Source: a bacterium (GTDB lineage Bacteria > Zhuqueibacterota > Zhuqueibacteria > Oceanimicrobiales > Oceanimicrobiaceae). Taken from it: 64,000 bases of DNA. The stretch lies in the NCBI GenBank assembly GCA_046758365.1, contig JBHIAC010000001.1, positions 64,001 through 128,000 on the forward strand, in the 5' to 3' direction. Positions 19,346-29,926 of the stretch are shown here, piece after piece. The notes beneath the pieces are model-generated. The model worked only from the letters and a program-made list of their open reading frames with translations. It ran no database searches and had not been told where the DNA came from. The position numbers and the translations under genes are program-made. How positions within the stretch are numbered: position 1 is the stretch's first letter; each line of letters starts with the position of its first letter.

Positions 19346-20362
19346 ATGTATTTAGAAGAACTAAAAAAATGCTACGAAAATAAGAAAGTTTTGATTACGG
19401 GTGGTTTAGGATTTATAGGCAGCAATTTAGCTATTCGATTGGTTGAACTCAATGCAGAAGTTACTTGTGTGGACAACATGTTACCCCGTCAGGGTGGCAA
19501 TCTTTTTAATGTCCAGGATATTAGGGATAAAGTCAAGATAGACTTTTCTGATATCCGCAACGAACTTTCTATGAGATTTCTGGTGAAAGACAAAGATTTT
19601 GTGTTCCATTTAGCCGGTCAGGTTAATCATATTGAAAGTATCCGCAGCCCTTTAAAAGACCTTGATATTAACTGCACAGGTACATTAGTTCTATTAGAAG
19701 CCTGTCGCAACAATAGCCCGGATGTGAAAGTAATTTTCTCTGGTACCCGCGGACAGTATGGTCCAAGCGCGAAACTACCCGTGGATGAGGAGCATCCGAT
19801 GAATCCTAAAGGTATTTATGCTATTACCAACATGGCTGCTGAAAAAATGATTTTGGTATATCATGAGGTTAACAATATCAAGGGAACCTGTTTACGCCTC
19901 ACCAATACTTATGGGCCGCGGCATCAAATGATGCATGATGAATATGGTGTCGTAAATTGGTTTATTCGGAAAAGTTTAGATAATGAAACGATTAATGTTT
20001 TTGGTGATGGTAGTATTGTTCGAGACTATTTATATATAGACGATGCAGTCGATGCACTTCTTATGGTGGGGGCTTCTGAACAGGCCTATGGTCAAGTGTT
20101 TAACATTGGAGGTGAAATCTCTGTCAGTTTTATTGACTTAGCCAAAAAAATAATAGAGATTGCTGGTACAGGATCTATTAATTTTACCGAATTTACAAAA
20201 GAACGCAAGGAATTGGAACCCGGAGATTATATCGCTGATATTACAAAAGTTAAGTATATGGTTGGATGGGAGCCGAAGGTTAGTTTGGAAGATGGGTTGC
20301 GCCGCACTATCCAATTCTATAGTATTCATAAACATAAGTATTGGGGTGGGAATAATGCTTAG
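19346..20362 (+). CDS. NAD-dependent sugar epimerase/dehydratase (extended SDR)
   Basis: TGGLGFIGS Rossmann motif, HLAG, RLTNTYGP, RDYLY; active site reads YAITN. Confidence 0.88.
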   Translation: MYLEELKKCYENKKVLITGGLGFIGSNLAIRLVELNAEVTCVDNMLPRQGGNLFNVQDIRDKVKIDFSDIRNELSMRFLVKDKDFVFHLAGQVNHIESIRSPLKDLDINCTGTLVLLEACRNNSPDVKVIFSGTRGQYGPSAKLPVDEEHPMNPKGIYAITNMAAEKMILVYHEVNNIKGTCLRLTNTYGPRHQMMHDEYGVVNWFIRKSLDNETINVFGDGSIVRDYLYIDDAVDALLMVGASEQAYGQVFNIGGEISVSFIDLAKKIIEIAGTGSINFTEFTKERKELEPGDYIADITKVKYMVGWEPKVSLEDGLRRTIQFYSIHKHKYWGGNNA

Positions 20363-20993
20363 AACGGGCAAAGATTGGTCTAAAAATGCTAAAATCGATG
20401 AGGGAGTCATCATTGGATACCCGCCTGATCGTAACATCGAGAACCTCAATTTGATTATGGGCGAAAATCCCCGACTGAGAAGTGGAACTGTTATTTATCA
20501 AGGATCAAAAATAGGTAAAAATTTTCAGACGGGTCACAATGTCATAATCCGTGAGGAAAATCAAATTGGCGAAAATGTGGTGGTAGCAAGTAATTCTGTG
20601 GTTGACTACGGTTGTACGATCGGCAACAATGTAAAAATTCACTGTAATGTTTATGTGGCTCAATATACTATTATTGAGGATGATGTCTTTATCGCTCCGG
20701 GAGTCGTAATTGCTAATGATCCTCATCCTGGATGTGAATTTTCAAAACCGTGTATGAAAGGGCCTACCATTAAGAAAGGTGCACAAATAGGCGTTAATGT
20801 AACTTTGCTGCCGTACATTGTAATTGGTAAAAAAGTTCTGGTTGGCTCAGGCTCTGTGGTGACTAAAGATGTTCCTGATGAATCAGTCGCGGTTGGTAAT
20901 CCGGCAAAGATTGTCGGTTCAATTTATGATATTGAGTGTTTTACTGGATTAACTGATAAGCCATATAAAAAAATAGGTTCAAATAACTTATGA
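20355..20993 (+). CDS. Hexapeptide N-acyltransferase (WbpD/FdtC-like); ATG 20355 preferred over the track's 20160
   Basis: Hexapeptide repeats, DVFIAPGV..AND, GNPAK; ATG overlaps the upstream stop. Confidence 0.85.
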   Translation: MLRTGKDWSKNAKIDEGVIIGYPPDRNIENLNLIMGENPRLRSGTVIYQGSKIGKNFQTGHNVIIREENQIGENVVVASNSVVDYGCTIGNNVKIHCNVYVAQYTIIEDDVFIAPGVVIANDPHPGCEFSKPCMKGPTIKKGAQIGVNVTLLPYIVIGKKVLVGSGSVVTKDVPDESVAVGNPAKIVGSIYDIECFTGLTDKPYKKIGSNNL

Positions 20994-22096
20994 GAGTTCC
21001 GTTTGTTGATCTGCTTCAACATCATGCGAATATTCGAGAAGAAATCAATGGTGCTATCGCAAGGATTATTGACGAAGGTAATTTTATTTTAGGAAAGAAT
21101 GTACGACTGTTTGAAGAAGAATTTGCAAACTACTGCGGGGTAAAATATGGTGTGGGGGTAGCCTCCGGTACCGATGCATTGCATTTGTCGCTTAGGGCTT
21201 GTGAAGTTGGACCTGGAGATGAGGTAATTACCTCAGCAAATACTTTTTATGCCACCGTATTAGCGATAACTATGACCGGGGCCAAACCGGTTTTGGTCGA
21301 TAACCATCCGAATACTTACACTATGGATATCGAAAAATTAGAAACAGTCATAAGTGAGAAGACGAAAGCTATTATCCCGGTGCATCTCTATGGTCAGATG
21401 ACGACCCATATAGATAGACTATTAGAGATATCTCAACGGCGGGGGATTTGGGTTATTGAAGATGCCTGTCAAGCGCATGGGGCTGAATATAAAGGGCGAA
21501 AAGCAGGAAGTTGGGGAGAGCTAGCCTGCTTTAGTTTCTATCCAGTTAAAAACTTAGGGGCTTTAGGAGATGCCGGCCTCGTTGTTTCAAATAATGAAAC
21601 CATCATTATGCATTTGCGGCAAATGCGGAATTTGGGGGAAAAGCAAAAGTATCAACATGTACTTAAAGGGTTTAATAGCCGTATGGACGAAATCCAAGCG
21701 ATTATTTTACATGTAAAGTTAAAATATCTAAATCGATGGAATAAGCAACGTCAGCGTATTGCAAGAATTTATCGAGATACCTTAAATCCACAAGTTTGTC
21801 AATTACCCGTTGAAGCTGAAGGATGTAAACATGTTTATCACCTATTTGTTGTTCGAGTTAAGCATCGGGAGTCATTACAACAATTTTTGCGACAAGCTGG
21901 AATTAGTACTTTAATTCATTATCCTTATCCTATTCATTTACAACAAGCCTTTTCCGATTTGGGATATAAAAAGGGTGATTTCCCGATAGCAGAAAAATAC
22001 GCTGAAGAAATCCTATCCTTGCCACTTTATCCTGAAATGAAAGAGGCATCCGCTCATTATGTAGCTCAAAAAATTAATGAATTCTATTTAACATAG
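20990..22096 (+). CDS. DegT/DnrJ/EryC1/StrS PLP aminotransferase
   Basis: VPFVDL, SGTDAL, PVHLYGQ, EDACQAHG, SFYPVKNLG, NSRMDEIQA. Confidence 0.92.
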   Translation: MRVPFVDLLQHHANIREEINGAIARIIDEGNFILGKNVRLFEEEFANYCGVKYGVGVASGTDALHLSLRACEVGPGDEVITSANTFYATVLAITMTGAKPVLVDNHPNTYTMDIEKLETVISEKTKAIIPVHLYGQMTTHIDRLLEISQRRGIWVIEDACQAHGAEYKGRKAGSWGELACFSFYPVKNLGALGDAGLVVSNNETIIMHLRQMRNLGEKQKYQHVLKGFNSRMDEIQAIILHVKLKYLNRWNKQRQRIARIYRDTLNPQVCQLPVEAEGCKHVYHLFVVRVKHRESLQQFLRQAGISTLIHYPYPIHLQQAFSDLGYKKGDFPIAEKYAEEILSLPLYPEMKEASAHYVAQKINEFYLT

Positions 22097-22104
22097 GACA
22101 AGCC

Positions 22105-22869
22105 ATGCAAGTATCATCTCTTTCTATAAGCATACCAGCCTATAATGATGAAGCAACTATTGAAGAGGTCATCAAGGAAGCTGAATCTGTGGCCAGCTCT
22201 ATCACAAATGATTATGAAATTTTTCTAGTAAATGATGGAAGTTTAGATTCAACCGGATCGATTATCGACCGGATGGCAGATAGCAATGAGAACATTCGAG
22301 TTATTCATCATGGAATCAATAAAGGATTTGGTGAAACTCTAAAGAAAATTTTTACTGAACCTAAGAGAGAGTATATCTATTTTGCTCCAGGTGACGGTCA
22401 AGTTAAAGTTAGAGAAATATATAAACTCTTACCATTTATGAATAGATTGGATTTTGTACTCGGATATCGTAAAAACCGTCGAGATCCTTTTATACGGTTA
22501 GCGAATTCCTATATTTACAACTTGTTGATTAGTTTATTTCTCTTTAAAAGAGTCCGGGATGTTAACAGTGTAGTACTTTTTAAGCGAAAGATTATCGAAG
22601 ATATGGTACTTGAAAGTAACAGCGCTTTCATTCATGCTGAATTGTTTATTAAAATAGTAAAAAAAGGCTTACGTTGGGGGGAGGTAGTGATCGACCATTA
22701 TCCTCGAATCGCTGAGAATCCTGGTGGGGGAGGAAATTTCAAGGTCATTTTTCGAACTATATTAGACCTGTTTCATATTTCAAAGAGACTCAAAGATTTC
22801 AACAATAAGGATGGACATGAAATTATTCAAAACTCAGAAAGTAAAATTCTCACTCGGAATCATTATTAG
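22105..22869 (+). CDS. GT2 glycosyltransferase (DPMS-like, no TM tail)
   Basis: IPAYNDE, NDGSLD, NKGFG, PGDGQ, RDVN. Confidence 0.85.
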   Translation: MQVSSLSISIPAYNDEATIEEVIKEAESVASSITNDYEIFLVNDGSLDSTGSIIDRMADSNENIRVIHHGINKGFGETLKKIFTEPKREYIYFAPGDGQVKVREIYKLLPFMNRLDFVLGYRKNRRDPFIRLANSYIYNLLISLFLFKRVRDVNSVVLFKRKIIEDMVLESNSAFIHAELFIKIVKKGLRWGEVVIDHYPRIAENPGGGGNFKVIFRTILDLFHISKRLKDFNNKDGHEIIQNSESKILTRNHY

Positions 22870-23866
22870 TCTAATCTCCTTATATTGGGCTTTCAAAGAT
22901 GTTAATTTTCAGCAGATCATTGATAGTTTTAAGCTTATTAATTTTCAATATCTACCTATTGTTCTAGGTCTTTTACTATTGAGTCTTTTTTTACGTACTC
23001 TGCGTTGGAAACTATTACTCTCTCCTATTCGAAAAGAAAGTATAAAAAATATTTTCTCTGTTTTGATGATTGGGTATTTGGGCAACAACGTTTTACCAGC
23101 TCGTATGGGGGAAGTTCTGCGTTCTCTGGTTTTAAATAAAAATTATGGCTATAGTAAAAGCGCTTCTCTTGCCACCATTATCTTAGAGCGTCTGTTTGAT
23201 GGCATTACCCTTTTAATCTATTTGGGAATAGCACTTTGGTTTTTCCCTTTTCCAGAATGGGTAAAAAACGGAGGCCGTGTCTTAGGCGCAGCTTTTTTAT
23301 TTGCCATGATTCTTTTGTATGTTATGCTGATCAAAAAGAAAACCGTAATTAAATTTATTTCTCTCATATTCGTCGTTGATTCCTTGTCGATAAAAATCAG
23401 CGCACTTTTTGACAGATTTAATTCTGGTTTAAAGATATTGAAGGAGAAAAGGAAGCTTTTGGGTATCTCCGGTCTTTCTTTATGTATTTGGTTTATCGAG
23501 GCTCTATTTGTTTTTACCATTATTAAATCCTTCGGGCTCAATCTTTCGTTCTTAGCTCCTCTATTTGTTACCATTATGGTGAGTTTGGGCACTATGATTC
23601 CATCGTCACCTGGCTATGTTGGAACTTATCAACTTCTGTGTATTGCTGCATTTGTTCCTTTTGGTGTTGAAAAAGATTTAGCCTTAAGCATATCCATTTT
23701 GATGCACGGAATAATTTTAATTGTCACTACTGGTCTGGGTCTCTACAGTTTTTGGCGGGAGCATGTGAATTTGATGAACTTTAAACAGGAAGTAGAACGC
23801 AGTACAATGAAACATAAAGTATCAAAAATCCCGCAAGAAGAGATTTTTGAGCACCGCAATAACTAA
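22817..23866 (+). CDS. LPG-synthase-TM (UPF0104) flippase-like membrane protein
   Basis: RTLRW, NNVLPARMGEVLR, LERLFD, PSSPGYVG; AAGGA RBS upstream of ATG 22817. Confidence 0.88.
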   Translation: MKLFKTQKVKFSLGIIISLISLYWAFKDVNFQQIIDSFKLINFQYLPIVLGLLLLSLFLRTLRWKLLLSPIRKESIKNIFSVLMIGYLGNNVLPARMGEVLRSLVLNKNYGYSKSASLATIILERLFDGITLLIYLGIALWFFPFPEWVKNGGRVLGAAFLFAMILLYVMLIKKKTVIKFISLIFVVDSLSIKISALFDRFNSGLKILKEKRKLLGISGLSLCIWFIEALFVFTIIKSFGLNLSFLAPLFVTIMVSLGTMIPSSPGYVGTYQLLCIAAFVPFGVEKDLALSISILMHGIILIVTTGLGLYSFWREHVNLMNFKQEVERSTMKHKVSKIPQEEIFEHRNN

Positions 23867-25361
23867 GGACTCAATAACATTACACCAAATGAGTAAAAAT
23901 AAGGAATATCTGCTACTATTTGTCATAATTTTATTAGGTCTTGTGCTTAGATTATACCGACTTGATAATCAAAGCCTTTGGATTGACGAGGTAATGCGCC
24001 TAAATATAGCTACACAAAACAGTATATCAGATATCCTCAGTGTGAATTATAAATGGGACAGTCAACCACCTGTTTATCACTTGTTGAATCATTGGTGGCT
24101 CAAAATAAGCCAGAGGGTTTTTTGGATAAGAACGTTACCCCTTATTTTCGGTGTGATGACTATCCCCCTTATTTATGCTTTAGGCGCATACTATTTTAAT
24201 AAAAAAGTAGGACTATTGGCCGCTTTTATTTTATCCTTATCGCCGTTCCATGTTTGGCATTCTCAAGATGCAAATATGTACACCCTGTTGATTTTCCTTA
24301 CGGTATTATCAATCTATTCTATGTTAAAAATATTAGATGAAAAGCGATTGATTTGGTATATTGTATATATTTGTGCAACCTTATTGGGTTTATATACCCA
24401 TTATTATTTTAGTTCAGTAGTTATCGCTACAAATCTATTTGTATTTTTATTCTTCAAGAAATATTCTTATAGAATCCGCTTTTGGATTATCACACAAATA
24501 GGCATTGGGTTATTAACTTTACCAGATATCTGGTTTTTTTTAAAATTAACTACGCCTTTTTATGACATGGGTGTTCAAGGAAGAGGATTTACCTTTTGGT
24601 CATTTCCATATACATTTTTTACTTTCATAAATGGATATTCAATAGGTCCCGCACCAAACGAATTGCATTCCTCTTTATCGATTAATTTTGTTATGGGAAA
24701 ATATGCCTATATTATTTTGCCTATTTTCTTAGTGATTTCATTTTTGGTTTTGGCTGGTTTTTTGAGGCTGAAATCTTTTGATAAGGTTGCATTTTGGTTT
24801 ATAATTTTAATCACACTTATACCCGTTCTATTTATTATGGCGGGCGTCATGATTGTTTTTCCTAAATATAATGTCCGCTACGCCTTTGGGGGATTTCCTA
24901 CCCTTTGTTTGCTACTAAGCATAGGAGTCCACTACTTTAAAAATAAAGTATATCAAAGTTTAATACTAACAATCTTTATTGCAATGAGTCTTTTTTCGCT
25001 GAGTAATTATTATTACAATACGAAATATCATAAAGAGGAGTCTAGAGCGGCTGCTCAGTATATCCATTCCCATATCAAGAATAATGACGCCATCTTAGTT
25101 TCTTTAATCAAGGAACCGTTTAAATACTACTTTGGCGAAGAGAGAAATGTTTATGGTGTCTATGGGAATGATTTGGATTCATCTGATGGATATGATAAAC
25201 TTGATCAAATTCTTGGTAAACATAATAGGCTTTGGTTGGTCTATGCAAGAGCCTGGATCACAGATCCTAAGGGAGATTTATTAAAACATTTAAATCGGAC
25301 TTATAAAATGAAGCAAGTTAAAAGTTTTCCTGGCGTGAAAGTTTTTCTTTTTTCCTCTTAA
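23847..25361 (+). CDS. GT-C glycosyltransferase (PMT_2/GT39/ArnT-like); start TTG 23847 or ATG 23889
   Basis: LRLYRLDNQSLWIDE, QPPVY, SPFHVWHSQDA.MY, YTHY, RY motifs. Confidence 0.85.
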   Translation: MSTAITKDSITLHQMSKNKEYLLLFVIILLGLVLRLYRLDNQSLWIDEVMRLNIATQNSISDILSVNYKWDSQPPVYHLLNHWWLKISQRVFWIRTLPLIFGVMTIPLIYALGAYYFNKKVGLLAAFILSLSPFHVWHSQDANMYTLLIFLTVLSIYSMLKILDEKRLIWYIVYICATLLGLYTHYYFSSVVIATNLFVFLFFKKYSYRIRFWIITQIGIGLLTLPDIWFFLKLTTPFYDMGVQGRGFTFWSFPYTFFTFINGYSIGPAPNELHSSLSINFVMGKYAYIILPIFLVISFLVLAGFLRLKSFDKVAFWFIILITLIPVLFIMAGVMIVFPKYNVRYAFGGFPTLCLLLSIGVHYFKNKVYQSLILTIFIAMSLFSLSNYYYNTKYHKEESRAAAQYIHSHIKNNDAILVSLIKEPFKYYFGEERNVYGVYGNDLDSSDGYDKLDQILGKHNRLWLVYARAWITDPKGDLLKHLNRTYKMKQVKSFPGVKVFLFSS

Positions 25362-25419
25362 AATATTTTTAGACCTCTTAATAAGGAATTGGTAAAAAAA
25401 TTTCAATATGGTTTAGCAA

Positions 25420-26613
25420 ATGAAAATAGCGATAATGGGTATCAGGGGCATTCCTGCCAACTATGGTGGATTCGAGACTTTCACAGAAGAATTGGCTACC
25501 CGCCTGGTCAAAAAAGGGCATGAAGTAACAGTATATGGTAGATCAAATAATATAAAATATCATGACAAATTTTATAAAGGAGTGAGAATTAGAGTTCTTC
25601 CAACAATTAGCCATAAATATTTTGATACGGTAGCCCACACCTTCTTCTGTGTTTTAGACACCCTTATACGTGATTTTGAGGTTATATTGATTTGTAATAG
25701 TGCAAACAGTTTATTCTCTTTTATTCCACGATTGACCAGAAAAAAAGTTATTGTGAATGTGGATGGATTAGAGTGGAAGCGAGATAAATGGAATATCCTC
25801 GGTAAATCTTTCTATAAAATTTCTGAATTTCTTTCCACCTTTATGCCCAATGCTATTGTCACCGATGCAGAGCATATACGGGATTATTACTTAAAAAAAT
25901 TCAATAAAATTTCTACATTCATTCCTTACGGGGCCCCAACCCATAGAGTTCAGACCTTTGAGGTTTTGAAAAGATTTGGACTAGAAAGTAGAAAATACAT
26001 TCTATATGTTAGTCGTCTTGAACCAGAAAACAATGCGCATCTTGTAATTAAAACATTTGAAAAAGTCAAAACAGATTTAAAACTGGTAATTGTTGGCGAT
26101 GCCCCTTACAATACTAAATATATTCAAGAGTTGAAAGCAACAAATGATCCCAGGGTGATTTTTACTGGTTATGTTTTTGGCAAAGGATACCAAGAATTAC
26201 AAAGTCATGCTTATTTTTATGTTCAGGCTACTGAGGTTGGAGGAACCCATCCCGCACTTGTAGAGGGAATGGGTTTTGGTAATTGTATCCTTGCGAATGA
26301 CGTTCCTGAACATAGAGAAGTGTTAGCGGATTGCGGATTATATTTCAGTTCTGAAACGCCGGGAGATTTCCGAGATAAAATACATTACCTTGTAAATCAT
26401 CCAGAGCTTGTGGCTGATTTTCAAGAAAAAGCAAATCACCGGGCCAAAGAAATGTATTCTTGGGAGCGGGTTGTCCAAAAATACGAAAACCTTTTTTCCG
26501 AGATTTTGAAAAATCCACTTCCCAAAAACCAGAACGATTCTAAGTTAATGGAAAATAAGATGAATAATCCAGTACAACAAACCTTGCAAAGAGATTTGAA
26601 AGTACAAAAATAA
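25420..26613 (+). CDS. GT4 glycosyltransferase with DUF1972-like N-terminus
   Basis: GIRGIPANYGGFET, NVDGLEWKR, SRLEPENN, VGGTHPALVE. Confidence 0.88.
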   Translation: MKIAIMGIRGIPANYGGFETFTEELATRLVKKGHEVTVYGRSNNIKYHDKFYKGVRIRVLPTISHKYFDTVAHTFFCVLDTLIRDFEVILICNSANSLFSFIPRLTRKKVIVNVDGLEWKRDKWNILGKSFYKISEFLSTFMPNAIVTDAEHIRDYYLKKFNKISTFIPYGAPTHRVQTFEVLKRFGLESRKYILYVSRLEPENNAHLVIKTFEKVKTDLKLVIVGDAPYNTKYIQELKATNDPRVIFTGYVFGKGYQELQSHAYFYVQATEVGGTHPALVEGMGFGNCILANDVPEHREVLADCGLYFSSETPGDFRDKIHYLVNHPELVADFQEKANHRAKEMYSWERVVQKYENLFSEILKNPLPKNQNDSKLMENKMNNPVQQTLQRDLKVQK

Positions 26614-26614
26614 T

Positions 26615-28525
26615 ATGCATAAATCATTTGATAATAATTTACAGAAAATTGCTGCAGTTCATTCACTCCCTCAAGAAAAAATTTTAACTATTTGTTTACT
26701 CGCTTGTTCTTTAATTCTAGTGGGTGTTTCCTTTTTTCTTCCTAGTGAAATATTACCTGATGAAGCTGGGTATCTTGAACAAGCGCACAAAGTTGCTTAT
26801 GGCGGCCCCAATATGGGTTGGAACATTCGCCCATATTTTTATCCAATTATTTTGAGTATTTCCCAATGGCCTGTAAAATTAATTGATATGAATAATTTTG
26901 TTTTAGAAATATATCTTTTTAGATTTTTTCATTTTTTTATAGGCTCTTTGACAATTTTGTTTGTTTATTTTATCGCCAAAGAATTATATGAGAAAAAAGT
27001 CATAGCTTTTATAGCAACTCTGTTATTTGGATTCTCAAATCTTTGGATTACGCAAAGTCCGCATGTAATGATGGATATCCCTAGTACACTATTTATTGTT
27101 ATTGCATTCTGGTTTTTTATCAAGGGCTTAAAGGGATTCAATATAGCGAAAAATATTATTATTGCAGCTGTTGCTTATGGTTTTGCAGCTATGACAAAAT
27201 TTTCCTCCGGTTTTTTTCTTCCTGCATTCTTTTTAATACCTTTTTTTACATTCAGACTCAGTACTAGAGAAAAGAAAAAAATATTGGGGCTATTCATAAC
27301 GACCTCGTTCTTAATGTTGATAATTTTTATAATAATTGACCATTTAGCTTGGGGAGGCTTCTTATCTAGTCTTCGGGGACATTTAAAATATCTTGCTAAT
27401 GAATCTACATTAGCTAAACAGGAAAATTGGATTTTATATCCAACCCCATTTCTAGTAAAAATGGAAATCTTTCATGAAAGTATTCCTTTAGCCTATTTAA
27501 TATTTGGAGCATTAGGATTCATAAGTTCTATTCGAGAAGGAAAAGCTATTTTTATTTTTGTTATCCCTTATCTTTTATTTTTCTTTTTTGGATATTCTTA
27601 TGCAGCGGAGTCCCGATATTTTGTGCCAATAGTCCCATTTGGAGCCATATTGGCTGCTAAAGGTATTTACTTTGTGATCATGGAAAAATTTTATGCTGTT
27701 AATCATATTAAATGGTTAAATAAAATCTTTCACGTTAAATTAATTGTACCAATTATAGCTGGCCTCTCATTAGGCTTGTTTCTTTTTAACATGTTATCTA
27801 CTTATGCTACTAATAGTTCAATATCATTTCTAAATAATCGTACAATATTTGTAATAGGATGTATTCTATTTATTGTTTTAGCCTGGATATTCATAGCTTT
27901 TATTAGATCTAGTTTAAAAGAAGAAAAATTTGTGTCAGCTATTTTGAGTAGTGCGGTTGTATTCTGGCCTTTATTTTTTCTTCTTCTCGGGTTGTCATTT
28001 AACTTAAAAAGATTTCAGCTATTATATATTATTTCTACTTTTTCACTTTTTCTGATTGTATTAATGTCTTCATTAATAATAAACCAGAAAAGAAAGTTAT
28101 TATGGTTAAGTATTGGAGTTGTGATCGTTACCCATGGACCTCTTTTATTTGCTTTTAAAAAAATTGTTAAAGTACCGTCTCCCAGTTGGAAGCAATTGGC
28201 ACTCATTATTGATAAAGAGAGCCATGAATATCCAGTAATAAAAAATATCGGTATTTTTGCTGGTTATTCAACTCTTACTAAATTTTATTCCCCCACCAAA
28301 AATGTGGTTGGCTATTGGCCTCGTCAGTCTGGGGAAGAAAGATTCAGGAGTGATCTTAAAAGTAATTTACATTTAGTTGTTGTAAAAAATGATTATTTAA
28401 GTCACATTAAAAAGTGGCTCGAAGAATTTGGATTTGTTGTACATTCAGAGTATCAGCAATGGAATACAACAACCTATATAAATTATCAAAGATTTTCTCT
28501 CTACGAAATTAAACAACACATGTAA
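26615..28525 (+). CDS. GT-C-fold membrane glycosyltransferase (PMT_2/ArnT-like)
   Basis: PDEAGY first-loop DE motif, RPYFYP, MMD, TKF, ESRYFVP; about 15 TM. Confidence 0.75.
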   Translation: MHKSFDNNLQKIAAVHSLPQEKILTICLLACSLILVGVSFFLPSEILPDEAGYLEQAHKVAYGGPNMGWNIRPYFYPIILSISQWPVKLIDMNNFVLEIYLFRFFHFFIGSLTILFVYFIAKELYEKKVIAFIATLLFGFSNLWITQSPHVMMDIPSTLFIVIAFWFFIKGLKGFNIAKNIIIAAVAYGFAAMTKFSSGFFLPAFFLIPFFTFRLSTREKKKILGLFITTSFLMLIIFIIIDHLAWGGFLSSLRGHLKYLANESTLAKQENWILYPTPFLVKMEIFHESIPLAYLIFGALGFISSIREGKAIFIFVIPYLLFFFFGYSYAAESRYFVPIVPFGAILAAKGIYFVIMEKFYAVNHIKWLNKIFHVKLIVPIIAGLSLGLFLFNMLSTYATNSSISFLNNRTIFVIGCILFIVLAWIFIAFIRSSLKEEKFVSAILSSAVVFWPLFFLLLGLSFNLKRFQLLYIISTFSLFLIVLMSSLIINQKRKLLWLSIGVVIVTHGPLLFAFKKIVKVPSPSWKQLALIIDKESHEYPVIKNIGIFAGYSTLTKFYSPTKNVVGYWPRQSGEERFRSDLKSNLHLVVVKNDYLSHIKKWLEEFGFVVHSEYQQWNTTTYINYQRFSLYEIKQHM

Positions 28526-28543
28526 CTAACCAAGCTATAATTT

Positions 28544-29926
28544 ATGAAGCTTTTAGTATTTTTTGCAGTAAATTTCGCCGTTATTTTCTGGTACTTATAT
28601 AAATATCGAAATATTAAGTACTGGTTTATCCTGTTTCTTATTCTTTCCTCGTTACTTTACATTGGTCTTTACAGTTGGTTTTTAGGTGTGGATTATATTA
28701 CCCTTTTTGATTTCTCATTGATTGGGCTATTGATTTTAGTATTAAATAAAAAGAAACCTCATTTAAACAAATTTTCGCAAATTATCCTTCTTTTAGGATT
28801 TTGTTTTTTATTATGGACTTTATTATCTGCATTTGTGGCTTCTATTAATATATTATATTCATACGGGGGATTAATACTTTATGTTAAATCGTTTTTAGTT
28901 TTTTTTGTGATTTACACTCATATTGAGAGTACACGAGATTTTAGTGCTGTGCTTTATGCATTATTTGCTGCTCTCTTTTTTGAAGCAACGTTAGGATTTT
29001 ATCAATGGAGATTTGCCACGACTGGATTAAATTTTTTGCATGATACCCATGGTTATTATCGTTCGGTAGGCACATTCAATTTGCCCAATCTTTATGGCGC
29101 CTATTTAATAATGATTATGCCAATCCCACTTATTCTTATTATTTCTAAGTCTTTTAAGTTACATTGGAATAGTTTCTTCATTTGGTTAGTCTCTGGGGTT
29201 TCATTATTAGCCCTGTTAGCTTCCTATTCTAGAAGCGCTTGGATAGGTTTTATATTACAAATTTTCATTTTGATAATGCTATTACTCTTAAGAAGGAAAT
29301 TAAAATATCGTGTGTTAAAATTTGCTATCATGATAGGATTAATTGTTTTACCTATAATAGCAATATACGGAAATAGGATGATTGCAAGGTTTGAACATGC
29401 AGTAGAATCCTTAGAACAAAGAAATGTTTTGGTGGATGCCGCAGTAGAGACTATAGAAAAAAATCCAGTTTTTGGAGTAGGGTTAAAAAATTATGCTCGC
29501 TTTGGGTATCCAAAATGGTTAAAAAGGCCAGTAAATGCACGAGATCCAGAGAACGCGTTTTTATTGATAGCTGTAGAATCAGGCTTGCCAGCGGTTATCT
29601 TTTTTGTTTTAATATTAGGTATAACCATATTTAAAGGTTATAAATTCATGAAAGAGATAGACAATAAGTATTTACTTTTGATTTGTGCCGCAATTTTGAG
29701 TGCTATAATTGGTTTTATTGTTCAGAATCAAGGCGTTCCAGAATTCCGACATTTTCCTATTCAAGTTTTATTTTGGTCAGAACTTGCAATTTTAGCAAAA
29801 GTAAAGTATCTCGATAGATTAGTAAATAGGGGAATTAAAATAAAGAATTATAGGAATACTCCTATGCCCCTAATTTCACAAAGTATTTCTCCGATGGATA
29901 CTATTCAAAATGAATACCGGAAATAG
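28544..29926 (+). CDS. O-antigen ligase/polymerase (Wzy_C) family protein
   Basis: RSVGTF..PN, SYSRSAW, R...A......NPVFGVG, EN..L....ESG. Confidence 0.85.
   Translation: MKLLVFFAVNFAVIFWYLYKYRNIKYWFILFLILSSLLYIGLYSWFLGVDYITLFDFSLIGLLILVLNKKKPHLNKFSQIILLLGFCFLLWTLLSAFVASINILYSYGGLILYVKSFLVFFVIYTHIESTRDFSAVLYALFAALFFEATLGFYQWRFATTGLNFLHDTHGYYRSVGTFNLPNLYGAYLIMIMPIPLILIISKSFKLHWNSFFIWLVSGVSLLALLASYSRSAWIGFILQIFILIMLLLLRRKLKYRVLKFAIMIGLIVLPIIAIYGNRMIARFEHAVESLEQRNVLVDAAVETIEKNPVFGVGLKNYARFGYPKWLKRPVNARDPENAFLLIAVESGLPAVIFFVLILGITIFKGYKFMKEIDNKYLLLICAAILSAIIGFIVQNQGVPEFRHFPIQVLFWSELAILAKVKYLDRLVNRGIKIKNYRNTPMPLISQSISPMDTIQNEYRK

Noticed and set aside
20160..20354. 65-aa N-terminal extension of the acyltransferase in the ORF track
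   Set aside because: It overlaps the SDR gene by about 200 nt; ATG 20355 at the SDR stop is the more plausible coupled start
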